A stretch of DNA of 63,175 nucleotides, filler included, from Octopus bimaculoides (GCF_001194135.2; 4 parts of 4 records of this genome joined end to end with filler, not necessarily neighbours in it), one strand, 5' to 3'. Positions 50,728-62,688 are shown, numbered from the whole stretch's first letter. Notes: generated from the letters alone by a model not told the origin. Numbers and translations: made by a program.

Positions 50728-51525
50728 CTAGAATAGAAACAAACAACCATAGTTTAGCTCCACCTCGTCCTCTTTTCTTATATGTTAGTTAACACTTATA
50801 TAACGAACGTGTATAATGTTGGTGTAGATGATGAGAACGACTGCATGCTGTATTATTAATGTTCCTTACAACGCTGACAATAATAGAGACAATATCAGTG
50901 ACCTGGCTGTTTAATCTCCATCCTTGTGATATCAGTAGAACTCATATGGACTTAACTAACATGTTTAGTAGTTCAGCTTTTCCTTCAGGCTGAAATATTT
51001 ACCATAGATAGGAGAATGGTTTACTGCTGTAGGTAGCAGAGGTATTAACTGACAGGTATTGGATAGATGTATATTCTATGTATATTGCTGGCATGAAAGT
51101 CTAGGGCGAAGAAATCCGATGAACTAGATGAAAGATCTTGTAACAGAATCATGAATGAATCAGAGTTTAATGTCTGGGCAACAAACACACCTCAACATAA
51201 ATGAAGATATTTAAATCAAGAAAGATGACTCTGACCATCTCTATGCCATTCATATAAACGCTGGAGGAATCACCATGCAATGGAATTAAGAATGGTAGCT
51301 TCGTACATCTGAAAGGCATCATCCTGAGTATAAACTATAAACAACAGCAATGGCAACAAAAACAACAGTGACGTTTTACAATATATCAACCTTATATATT
51401 TACCAAGATACCCTCCAACACAAAGTCTTGTGGGTATGTTATTATACAACTCTTTTAAAATTATTGATGCATTGACATAACTGCCAAATTACAAGTAATT
51501 AACAACTTGTCATAATGTTACTAAC

Positions 51526-51675
51526 CATTAATAAGGCAAAACTTGCAAGATGGTCGCAGGAACAGACTACTTTCTTTCCAGGTACATAATCGGATATCTT
51601 ACAGCCTTTTGTTGACCAACGAGGATCCTCTCCTGGAGATTCATCCCAGTAAACACATTCTGGGTTGGCGGCATT
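51526..51675 (-). CDS. Adhesion GPCR exon: GPS motif of the GAIN domain
   Basis: Acceptor TTGTTTCAG; NAANPECVYWDESPGEDPRWSTKGCKISDYVPGKKVVCSCDHLASFALLM (C-x-W...W-x3-GC...C-x-C-x-HL); donor GTTAGT; phase 0->0. Confidence 0.96.
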
Positions 51676-52067
51676 CTGAAACAAATTAAATTCTATTAAT
51701 TTAATCAAATTACTTTGTAATTAGAATGCATGTAATTATGATATGTCTCTTATGACTTACAAAAACATCGAAGATACCAAGGTCATTAATGTTTGGTTGG
51801 TATTGACATTGTGAACTCCATATCAGATGCTGTGACATAGTTTAACTGACCATTCCATCTTGTTTATAAATCTATGTCTTTTCTCATAATTTACACTGCA
51901 TCGTCATAACAATGGAAGAAAAAGATGTTGGATGGAGTGGTTCAGGAAATATTTAATGAAATATAAAATGATGTGGTGGTCACGGCTGGGATGTGTTTCA
52001 TCATATGTCTACTGGGTTAATGATGCATGAATATAAACAGCAACAATAATAAATACGCATCTATTAC

Positions 52068-52190
52068 CTGGTGTATTAAATCGAATGATATTTTAACTGG
52101 TTCATCAAGGTTGATTATTCGAATGTTAGGAACATTGGCAGCCAGAACATAGCTGTTAATGTTAGTATTTCCTTTGGAGTTTTGTGTTAC
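52068..52190 (-). CDS. Adhesion GPCR exon: GAIN subdomain B
   Basis: Acceptor CTTCTCTTTACAG; VTQNSKGNTNINSYVLAANVPNIRIINLDEPVKISFDLIHQ (INS.V..A...I.NL.EPV.I.F); donor GTAATA; phase 0->0. Confidence 0.93.
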
Positions 52191-52539
52191 CTGTAAAGAG
52201 AAGTTATTAAGTAAATTAATTTATTCAATGGAATACATTGTTAAAGCATGAAACGATCGAACGTTAGTATTGTTGTACTTAGGCAATCGTTACTTTAGTC
52301 AGCAGCACAACTTAATATATATTAGTTTCAAATGTTGGCACAAGGTCAGCAATTTCGAGAGATGGGGTAAATCGTTTACATCAACTCCAGTACTCAACTG
52401 GTACTTATTCCTCGGCGGAATTTGAAATCAAAATGTAAAGAGGGACAAAATTCCGCAAAACATTTTACCAGGCGTGGTAACCATTCTGTCAGGTCAACGC
52501 CTTACAATAATACATTATATATTCTTTTCTATTCAAGGC

Positions 52540-52735
52540 ACAAGGCCCGAAAGTTTGGGGGGAGGGGTCCAGTCGATTAGATTGATCTCAGTACATAACT
52601 GGTACTCAATTTATCGACTCCTAAAGTATGAAAGGCAAAGGGGACCTCGGCGAAATTCGAACTCAGAACGTAAAGGCAGACGAAATACCGCTGAGCGTTT
52701 CGCCCAGCGTGCTAATGATTCTGCCAGCTCGCCGA
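52540..52735 (-). mobile_element. SINE family B
   Basis: Reverse-complement match to 47320-47535. Confidence 0.8.
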
Positions 52736-53162
52736 ATTTATAATTCATTATATATTACAATAGATATTCCATGAGAGTACACGCACGGCGGTTGCACTTG
52801 TTTGAACGAATGGATAGTTCGTTTTACATCGAAACTGTTTACATAAAAGCTGCTGGTACTTAACAAGTTCTTTTAGTAGACAACGAGTCCAGTGTTCAAA
52901 CTCACTCCTTAGCACCTTGTGTAGACAAATATCTAACTGGTTGACAAATAACAGGTCAAGAGGAATTTAGCGGTTGAAATTGTTCTCTAGTCCCAATTGT
53001 GAGTATAGATGTTTATATATGTATGTATGTATTTATGTATGTATCTACGTATGTGTGTGTATGCGTCTGACTGTCTTTATGTATGTTGTGAGTGCATATA
53101 GCCTAGTGGTTAGGGTGTTATAACATACAATTAAAAATACAAAGTTTTCAGTCTTTACATAC

Positions 53163-53237
<75 letters not shown>

Positions 53238-53534
53238 CTAAAGGTCACAATACATATATTGAAGCGCTACGAATAGTTGAGATAAGTTAAACATGCTCTT
53301 CGGGCGCGAAATCTCATATCCTAACGAACTAAAGAAATTGAATATATATATACATATATATATATATAATTATTNNNNNNNNNNAATTATTCTCCCTAGA
53401 CACAACAAAATTTGCTTCAACACATGAATTCACATAGAGAATCTTACGAGCCAAATACAAACGAAATATATGTATGGTATCCGAGCTAAATCTGACAATT
53501 TTCATAAAATGGAAAGGAAAGAAAAATATCCCTT

Positions 53535-54030
53535 CGAAATATTAAAGTTTTCTCAAAAATCAAAACAATGTCCACAGGTTTATGGCTGGAAGGTAATAGT
53601 TTACTGGACGTATCTGTCCTCAGCTGCCACCACGGTCGTGAGACATCATCGGAACCTGACAAATGCGTTTCTCACCGGGTACCTGGTTTTTTAACACTTC
53701 TCTGATCTTAGCAACCAGCTCAGCCTTGCTCCTGCAGGCAGGCAGGCTGATGTCTTTCTCAACCTGACCCTCACATAATAATCCATGGGATTGCAATAGG
53801 GGGAATTAGGAGGTCAGCAACTGGGGTTGCTGAAGTTGTAAAAATTCTCTAACAATATCATCTGACACTTTTCAGGAATTGTAATGGGCCGTATCCTGCT
53901 GCCACACCTACGGCCTTACAGCAGCAACCCCTCCCGCTAAGTAGGCTTTTTGAATTCAGCTTAAATCTCTTTTCATAGGTGAAACAACGATATAGGACCA
54001 AGAACACGTGTCTCACAACAGGGGAGGATG
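53535..54030 (-). mobile_element. Tc1/mariner-superfamily transposase C-terminal remnant
   Basis: Minus-strand fragments QQDTAHY.. and ACRSKAELVAKIREV resemble the 'QQDSAPAH..' and 'ACTTKAELIARIKEV' regions of maT/DD37D-type transposases; many stops. Confidence 0.6.
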
Positions 54031-56499
54031 CAGGGCTACACCGCTCTAAATGTGTTTGGATGACAGTACTATATAGACAATGGTAACGAGGTGACAGGTT
54101 GTAACGTCAAGGTACAGGAAGGTAAGTATACGAGGGTATACAGAAAATGGAACAGGGGAAAAGAATGTGAAGGTAAAGAGTGTGTAAAGAGAATGACAGA
54201 GGGTAAAGACGAGGCAAAAGGTGAATTGTGGGAGTGATGAACAAAGATAAAGGTGTGGCTCACAGTGAAGATGATTATGGAACAGAGGGGTTGATGAGAG
54301 AGAGAAAGAGAGAGAGAAAGAAGTGGTTCAAGAAGGAGGAAGTGATAGTGGTGGCGCAAGAGTCATGGTGAGTGGATTTGGTGGACGGAAACTGAACAAT
54401 AACAGTTCTACACACACACACACACACACACGCACACACATACAAACACACANNNNNNNNNNNNNNNNNNNNNNNNNNNNNNNNNNNNNNNNNNNNNNNN
54501 NNNNNNNNNNNNNNNNNNNNNNNNNNNNNNNNNNNNNNNNNNNNNNNNNNNNNNNNNNNNNNNNNNNNNNNNNNNNNNNNNNNNNNNNNNNNNNNNNNNN
54601 NNNNNNNNNNNNNNNNNNNNNNNNNNNNNNNNNNNNNNNNNNNNNNNNNNNNNNNNNNNNNNNNNNNNNNNNNNNNNNNNNNNNNNNNNNNNNNNNNNNN
54701 NNNNNNNNNNNNNNNNNNNNNNNNNNNNNNNNNNNNNNNNNNNNNNNNNNNNNNNNNNNNNNNNNNNNNNNNNNNNNNNNNNNNNNNNNNNNNNNNNNNN
54801 NNNNNNNNNNNNNNNNNNNNNNNNNNNNNNNNNNNNNNNNNNNNNNNNNNNNNNNNNNNNNNNNNNNNNNNNNNNNNNNNNNNNNNNNNNNNNNNNNNNN
54901 NNNNNNNNNNNNNNNNNNNNNNNNNNNNNNNNNNNNNNNNNNNNNNNNNNNNNNNNNNNNNNNNNNNNNNNNNNNNNNNNNNNNNNNNNNNNNNNNNNNN
55001 NNNNNNNNNNNNNNNNNNNNNNNNNNNNNNNNNNNNNNNNNNNNNNNNNNNNNNNNNNNNNNNNNNNNNNNNNNNNNNNNNNNNNNNNNNNNNNNNNNNN
55101 NNNNNNNNNNNNNNNNNNNNNNNNNNNNNNNNNNNNNNNNNNNNNNNNNNNNNNNNNNNNNNNNNNNNNTACTATTTTTCTTTTTTTTGTCCCTTAAACC
55201 TTAATAAACCCATTATTATAAACTATATAAATCCTTTACTAATTCTTTACATTATAAAAAATAATGCTTGCCTTTTATGTGTCTTTAAAATAGTATTATT
55301 ATATATTTTAGCTTAAATTTATTAAATAATTTTTTTAAATAATTCAAAATAGTTTTCTGAGCCCAATATATATAATATTCTTAAACGTTACACCTTATCT
55401 ATAGCCTTTGAATTCAAAATTGACACTACTTCAGGGTTTTGTATAAACTAATTACATTTTTATTATTAACAATTTTATTATTAACATACTTCTTATTATT
55501 AACATATTAATTAAGTTAATATTGATATCTATAAATTTCCAATACTTAGTATATGTAAAACAATACTGATGCTTTATTCAGACTAAAGAAAAAGCCCTGT
55601 TGACCTAAATGCTTAAGGTTTAATTCCCCAACATTATGATAGCAGTAAAAAAAAACCAACCTAAAATAGTGTTGCCACTCTGACCAGAGAAACCTTTATA
55701 ACCATATCCATGCATAATGCTTACACCTTCCCTTCCCTTAGAAGTGATTGCCCTTTATACTATAACCACTAGATAAGAGACAATAAAATCAGAGACAGTT
55801 AGAATTCTACCTAGAACTAATTACTAGCCTGCTAGCGTTGGCTATGTCAAGATGGATTTTTATGTATTCTTCTTCCCACTTGGATTTAAAATGTTGCCAC
55901 AATTATAATATGTTTATTCTATTGTAATTCTCTACATTTTTGTGCAGCTGAAGATTGCTCTACATATTGCATTTAATGTAATGCTCGCATTGCTTAAATA
56001 AATGGAGCAGCATGAAACGTGCGTACTGCAATCATCTTTAAAATCCGTGTTGCTTATTTTGTTTTTTTGATCACCTTGTTTTAGAATGGTTTTTGGACAA
56101 TACCATACTATATTCTGGTGCCTAAACATAAATACCNNNNNNNNNNNNNNNNNNNNNNNNNNNNNNNNNNNNNNNNNNNNNNNNNNNNNNNNNNNNNNNN
56201 NNNNNNNNNNNNNNNNNNNNNNNNNNNNNNNNNNNNNNNNNNNNNNNNNNNNNNNNNNNNNNNNNNNNNNNNNNNNNNNNNNNNNNNNNNNNNNNNNNNN
56301 NNNNNNNNNNNNNNNNNNNNNNNNNNNNNNNNNNNNNNNNNNNNNNNNNNNNNNNNNNNNNNNNNNNNNNNNNNNNNNNNNNNNNNNNNNNNNNNNNNNN
56401 NNNNNNNNNNNNNNNNNNNNNNNNNNNNNNNNNNNNNNNNNNNNNNNNNNNNNNNNNNNNNNNNNNNNNNNNNNNNNNNNNNNNNNNNNNNNNNNNNNT

Positions 56500-57115
56500 T
56501 CCACTTTCATAATGAGTTACTTCGTATGGGGAGACCACAGTGGGCAGCAGTACTCAAGGTGGGTCGAGCAAAAGTAGAATAGAGAAGGGTAATGATATGG
56601 GCATCTCAAGACCGAAAAGTTCTCAGAATCCAGGAGCACATCTTGCGGGCCAAGTCAACCTTGCTGTTTACGTGGGAACTCCAGCTTAGATTGTTATCAT
56701 CAATTACTCCAAGGTCTCTAGTGTTGTTGGATGACACTAGGGAGTCGCTCGAGGCAACAACATATGGTAATTCAGAGTATCGTCTTTTCTAAAGTAGTTC
56801 GAATCATTGGACAACAGCAAACAGATACAACTGAAGGCATGTTCGGTATCCCATACCGTTTATGGCTTTCTGGAGTTTGGAATCATCTTCAGAAATGTTC
56901 AATGTAGAATACTTGATGACGTCTACGATGTCGTTCACGGAGATAATGAAGAGGAGTGGGCCCAACACAGTACTTTGTGGGACACCACTACTGACTTTGG
57001 GTTCTTTTCGTCAGGAAACACTTCATCCACTGCAGCAGCCGTCCACGGACTCCTTTGTTGGACAGTTCTTCAGTAGGATATTGTGGTCCACTCTGTCAAA
57101 TGCATTGCTGAAATC
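56500..57115 (-). mobile_element. CR1/L2/jockey-group LINE reverse transcriptase fragment
   Basis: [69 protein letters not shown]. Confidence 0.9.
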
Positions 57116-57594
57116 AACACACACATACACACACACACACACACATATATATATTTATATATGCACATATATTACAACACATATATACATTCACATACAC
57201 ACATATATATATATATACATTTATAAACAGATATATACATATATGTGTATGCACATAATATATACACAAATATATATACGCATATATATATGTACATATA
57301 TATACACACATACATATATAATATATATACATATATATATATATAGATATACATATATAGATGAACATATATATATATATATATATACATATAAATATAT
57401 AGATTTAAATATATATATATACATATATATACATATATATACATATATATACATATACATATACATATATCGATATACGTATATATATATGCATATATAT
57501 ATATAAATATGTATATATAAATACATATATATATGCAAATATATATATACAAACACATATATACATTCACACACACACACACACAGATATATAT
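57116..57594. repeat. Long degenerate (TA/CA)n microsatellite running into a gap
   Basis: Directly visible. Confidence 0.95.
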
Positions 57595-58507
57595 NNNNNN
57601 NNNNNNNNNNNNNNNNNNNNNNNNNNNNNNNNNNNNNNNNNNNNNNNNNNNNNNNNNNNNNNNNNNNNNNNNNNNNNNNNNNNNNNNNNNNNNNNNNNNN
57701 NNNNNNNNNNNNNNNNNNNNNNNNNNNNNNNNNNNNNNNNNNNNNNNNNNNNNNNNNNNNNNNNNNNNNNNNNNNNNNNNNNNNNNNNNNNNNNNNNNNN
57801 NNNNNNNNNNNNNNNNNNNNNNNNNNNNNNNNNNNNNNNNNNNNNNNNNNNNNNNNNNNNNNNNNNNNNNNNNNNNNNNNNNNNNNNNNNNNNNNNNNNN
57901 NNNNNNNNNNNNNNNNNNNNNNNNNNNNNNNNNNNNNNNNNNNNNNNNNNNNNNNNNNNNNNNNNNNNNNNNNNNNNNNNNNNNNNNNNNNNNNNNNNNN
58001 NNNNNNNNNNNNNNNNNNNNNNNNNNNNNNNNNNNNNNNNNNNNNNNNNNNNNNNNNNNNNNNNNNNNNNNNNNNNNNNNNNNNNNNNNNNNNNNNNNNN
58101 NNNNNNNNNNNNNNNNNNNNNNNNNNNNNNNNNNNNNNNNNNNNNNNNNNNNNNNNNNNNNNNNNNNNNNNNNNNNNNNNNNNNNNNNNNNNNNNNNNNN
58201 NNNNNNNNNNNNNNNNNNNNNNNNNNNNNNNNNNNNNNNNNNNNNNNNNNNNNNNNNNNNNNNNNNNNNNNNNNNNNNNNNNNNNNNNNNNNNNNNNNNN
58301 NNNNNNNNNNNNNNNNNNNNNNNNNNNNNNNNNNNNNNNNNNNNNNNNNNNNNNNNNNNNNNNNNNNNNNNNNNNNNNNNNNNNNNNNNNNNNNNNNNNN
58401 NNNNNNNNNNNNNNNNNNNNNNNNNNNNNNNNNNNNNNNNNNNNNNATATATATACATATATATACATATACATATAGAAGTAATAATCCTTTCTTCTGC
58501 TATTACC

Positions 58508-58556
58508 GTCTCCGATGAAGGGATACATGGAATTTTCCCTGAAACAGCTGTAAGAC
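58508..58556 (+). ncRNA. Minimal type I hammerhead ribozyme-like motif (Penelope/retrozyme type) with a U4C core variant
   Basis: gtct-CCGATGA-aggga[tacatggaattt]tccct-GAAA-c[agct]g-TA-agac: stems I (4 bp) and II (5 bp), 1-bp stem III with palindromic AGCT loop, GUA cleavage triplet. Confidence 0.75.
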
Positions 58557-58758
58557 CTTATACATAAAATATAATTCTAACTTTGCCATTGGTCTCTTTA
58601 TCCTTTTCTTTCTTTATTCACGCTAATACACGACTTATGTTATATTCCCCACTCATGTTGCTACAATAACAGGGGCAAAAATAGTCGGTATACCGCACTT
58701 ACTCGGTATTACCTGTATCTTTAGGGTTTGGTTGACTCCAATACCCTTCATAACCTTA

Positions 58759-58822
<64 letters not shown>

Positions 58823-59006
58823 GATATAGACAAATATATACACACATATATACATATGCATATATACATATATGCATATATATATACGTATATATACACA
58901 TATATGCATATATACATCTTTCTACGCATATCTATAAACATATATTTTTACATACATATGCATATATATATATATATACACATCTATGTATACACATATA
59001 TACATA

Positions 59007-60620
59007 TAGTAGCTGGTGTACCCGGTAATTCCCGGCGGCAAAGGTGTTCTATTGAAACGCTTTATTACTCTGTTATAAGAAAGCAATTTCGTTATAAGGT
59101 GTACTTTCTGTCACGAAAAAGTACAAAATACTCTCAGATGGAGGAGCGAGAGATTGTCGGAGGCTGGTGAGAGAGGTTTTCTAAGGCTGGCAAGAAAGAT
59201 TGTCGGAGGTTGGTGAGAGAGGTTTTCTAAGGCTGGCAAGAAAGATTGTCGGAGGTTGGTGAGAGAGGTTTTCTANNNNNNNNNNNNNNNNNNNNNNNNN
59301 NNNNNNNNNNNNNNNNNNNNNNNNNNNNNNNNNNNNNNNNNNNNNNNNNNNNNNNNNNNNNNNNNNNNNNNNNNNNNNNNNNNNNNNNNNNNNNNNNNNN
59401 NNNNNNNNNNNNNNNNNNNNGAGATTGTCGGAGGCTGGTGAGAGAGGTTTTCTAAGGCTGGCAAGAAAGATTGTCGGAGGTTGGTGAGAGAGGTTATATA
59501 AATATACGAATGAAGTGTTTCAAGACCGTGCAATAATAAGGTTCGCACTTGCTCATAGTCGCTCTCATTAACTACCTTTAGCTTATGGAGTTCTTAGTTT
59601 TATAACTGTCGAAAAGCAGCCAGAAGGATATACATATTATTGAGAACAAATGATTTCGTTGGAGGTCTGTTATCTCCATTCCAGCCAGTGGTGGTCTCGA
59701 AGAGGTCAGAAGGGTCAAGCGGCAAAAACATTATTCTACTTAGCGAAGGCATCTGAGAAATGTATAACTGCTGTCATTCACGGAAAAACTAATGTTTTAC
59801 CTTGAGAAAAGCGCTGTTGATGTGTTAAATGAAATTTGCCAATCGAGGATCCAATTTACGCTATGCCTGCATGAAGCCACTACAAGAATGTTGTGGAATA
59901 AAAAAATTATCTTCTGTCATGGAAAAAGTATAACTGTAAAAATTCAGAATTATCGGAGTAATGAACATTAAAAGTATGTATATATAGAAATGTATGAATG
60001 AAGTCTTTAAGGTTTAAAATTCAAATTAAGGAAGTGCAATAATAATGTTGCGCAGTTCAAAACTGTGAGTAGTGAAATGCAGAATTAGGTCAGCTGATCG
60101 TGAGAATTAAATATTGAACTCTTCGCTAAAAACTGTATGTGGTATGGGTTGTTTAAATAAGATATTAGTAATAAGTAGTAGCTAGAAGGATCCATTGGAG
60201 GGGCACTGTTATCGATGTTTTCAACAATCTCTGTATGTCACGAGGTTTGCAGTCACGAGTTCTACTCACGTGTCAAAAAAGTGATATTGACTGCAAAAAT
60301 TAGAAATTGGACACACAAAAACTGAGTATTCAAAGTAATCGAACATAAACAATGAAATTGATTATTTCCGTTGAATGTTTAAAAAATATTGTGCAGATGC
60401 TATAGGTTATTTCCCTTGTGCGTCAGAAAACTTAGTTATATGAGGTAGATATAAAAGACCCTTCCAGGGGAGGTATTATCGATTTTTTTAACAATCTAAG
60501 TATGCCAAGTGATTTCCAGACATGAATTCTACTCTCGTGCCAAGTTTTATCAAAATCAATAAAAAATAGATAGCTAACAACGTGACAAACACACACCGAT
60601 TTTCCAGTTATGTAATAGAT
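59007..60620 (+). mobile_element. Possible non-autonomous Helitron-like element carrying a minisatellite
   Basis: 5' TAGTAGCTGGTGTACCCGG.. and 3' ..GTGCCAAGTTTTATCAAAATC..ACAAACACACACCGATTTTCCAGTTATGTAATAGAT resemble the ends of Lep1-like elements; boundaries inferred. Confidence 0.4.
59151..59485. repeat. 46-bp tandem repeat spanning an assembly gap
   Basis: Unit AGATTGTCGGAGG(C/T)TGGTGAGAGAGGTTTTCTAAGGCTGGCAAGAA starts at 59151, 59197 and 59243 and resumes after the gap. Confidence 0.95.
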
Positions 60621-61070
60621 ATACATACACATATGCATATATACATATACATTTATACATATACATATATACATATCTACATATAAACATACATATACAT
60701 ATATAATATATATATATATACATATATACTTATATATATACACACACACNNNNNNNNNNNNNNNNNNNNNNNNNNNNNNNNNNNNNNNNNNNNAAATGAA
60801 ATATTCAAACACTGAGATTTGAAGTTAGAGTCACTACTGTTCATATCATCTGTAGATAAATTCAAAATTTGATGATATCACCAGTAGTAGCATGGGTGGA
60901 ACGCAGTTATGATAGCTTTAAGGAGCTATGAAATATAAATTTGCACGAAGCGTAATGATGCTTAATGAGCATCTACCTGCTAGAAATAAGAGCCAAGTCT
61001 TAAATAATCCACCGTAGCGCACCAATATACATGCATAATCTAAATATGACTATGAGTATGTAGGCACCCC

Positions 61071-61697
61071 ATGCTCAGATTGTGCAGGTAACAACGGAAT
61101 ACACAAAAGTTTATCTGGAATCAAATATAAATAATCAGAAAATGGAGAAAACTTTTGATCAATGAACAAATTGAGCAACATTGGTTGATTACTTTTTAAT
61201 ACAGATCATGATATATAACTTCTTACGGCTGTTTCTGCTTCCAATGTCAGTCGGTGCTTAGAAAAGAAATTCCGAAAATGACACCACTGCTAGTTCACTC
61301 CCTAGACGATCGACGTCAACCTGCATGCTGCAAAATGGTACCATTTTAATATTTTGATTCTTCTGGCTCCTCCCGAGACCCTGTTCTTTCCTTTTCCTCT
61401 TTCTATCGTTTATTTTATTTTACGCATTTGTATTCAATCTGATAAAGTTCCATGTACTAGATCGAATGTGCTATGTATTTGACGTATATTATTTTTAGAA
61501 TTTCTTTCTTAAGCATAGACTAACACTGGAAGCGGAAACGACTGCAAAAAATATCATGTCGTTTTGGATTAAAAATAATCAATTTGTGGTCAATTTGTGG
61601 GTTTTTTTATCAAAAAATTTCTCCATTTTCTGATTATCTAAAATTAATTCTTGATAAACTTTTGTTTATTTTGTTGTTACCTGCACCCGATGAGCAT
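61071..61697. mobile_element. MITE-like element with ~90-bp imperfect terminal inverted repeats
   Basis: 61071-61160 (ATGCTCAGATTGTGCAGGTAACAAC..AAAAGTTTATC..ATAATCAGAAAATGGAGAAA) is the imperfect reverse complement of 61609-61697. Confidence 0.7.
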
Positions 61698-61911
61698 ACT
61701 GTGTCTGCAAACCCATACCTGTGCATACCATAGGTAATTGATACCGATAGTAAATAGGGATACTATAATGCCTCAGACGGTTATTACAACCGCTAACTCT
61801 GCTTATCTATCNNNNNNNNNNNNNNNNNNNNNNNNNNNNNNNNNNNNNNNNNNNNTTAATTAATTAANNNNNNNNNNNNNNNNNNNNNNNNNNNNNNNNN
61901 NNNNNNNNNNN

Positions 61912-62106
61912 AATCCGCAAAGTAGGAACAGTACTGTACTGTATATTCTTTTAATTATTTTTATAATTTGTATATATTTATTTTATCATAAATGCAAAAC
62001 AACACCACAGAGAAATCGACCTAAGCTTAAACAATAAACCGCGATAGGTGAACCGCGATAGGTGAACCGCGATAGGTGAACCGCGATATGGCAAGGAATT
62101 ACTGTA
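61912..62106 (+). mobile_element. Right end of a pogo/Tigger-like non-autonomous element with a 14-bp internal tandem
   Basis: (GAACCGCGATAGGT)x3 then GAACCGCGATATGGCAAGGAATTACTG, followed by TA. Confidence 0.55.
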
Positions 62107-62223
62107 TATATACATATACGCGCGCGTATATATAGTTCTGTATAGAGCATATCAACTACACTTGGCAGTGTGTGATGTTATTCCAAAGTACCGCAATGAA
62201 AATAATCCTGTGGTTATTCTTAC

Positions 62224-62329
62224 TTTGCCATGTGATCCAATAAATAAGAAAACACTGTGCGACCTGGTTCCGGGATATTCGTCAAGAGAAAGGCAACCAT
62301 CCGTACCTTCACAGTAGTATCCTCTAAAG
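62224..62329 (-). CDS. Candidate internal exon, possibly an upstream exon of the adhesion GPCR
   Basis: Strong acceptor TTTCCTTTTTCAG and donor AAA|GTAAGA; two of three frames open (FRGYYCEGTDGCLSLDEYPGTRSHSVFLFIGSHGK or LEDTTVKVRMVAFLLTNIPEPGRTVFSYLLDHMA); no domain recognised. Confidence 0.4.
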
Positions 62330-62349
62330 CTGAAAAAGGAAATATATAT

Positions 62350-62440
62350 AGTGTAGTATATTGCCACTTAAGTGTGGCTGACCCCTAGGGGTGGATGTTA
62401 CCTAGGGGTCAGCCACACTTAAGTGGCAATATACTACACT
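62350..62440. repeat. Perfect inverted repeat: 40-bp arms, 11-nt loop
   Basis: AGTGTAGTATATTGCCACTTAAGTGTGGCTGACCCCTAGG (62350-62389) is the exact reverse complement of 62401-62440. Confidence 0.98.
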
Positions 62441-62553
62441 TTATCGTGCAGTTACTGTTAATACTTCATTTAGAGAATTAACATTGAAATATATATATAT
62501 ATATATATATATACATACATACATACACATATATATATACACACAGACGCACA

Positions 62554-62585
<32 letters not shown>

Positions 62586-62627
62586 AGTTTCTATGTATGT
62601 AGCTGTCTATGTCTATCTATCTATCTT

Positions 62628-62688
<61 letters not shown>

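Noticed and set aside
51760-51830. Possible 69-nt in-frame exon between the two GAIN exons (GTAAGT donor)
   Set aside because: Weak acceptor, and the direct LIHQ|NAANPEC join already gives normal GAIN spacing.
55170-56136. Very AT-rich contig between gaps that superficially resembles mitochondrial DNA
   Set aside because: No recognisable mitochondrial rRNA motif, tRNA cloverleaf or protein frame found; a NUMT call is unsupported without a blastn search.
59151-59485. Regular direct repeats (46-bp; also the 27-bp and 66-bp arrays) considered as CRISPR-like
   Set aside because: Units are head-to-tail with no unique spacers, there are no cas genes, and the context is eukaryotic.
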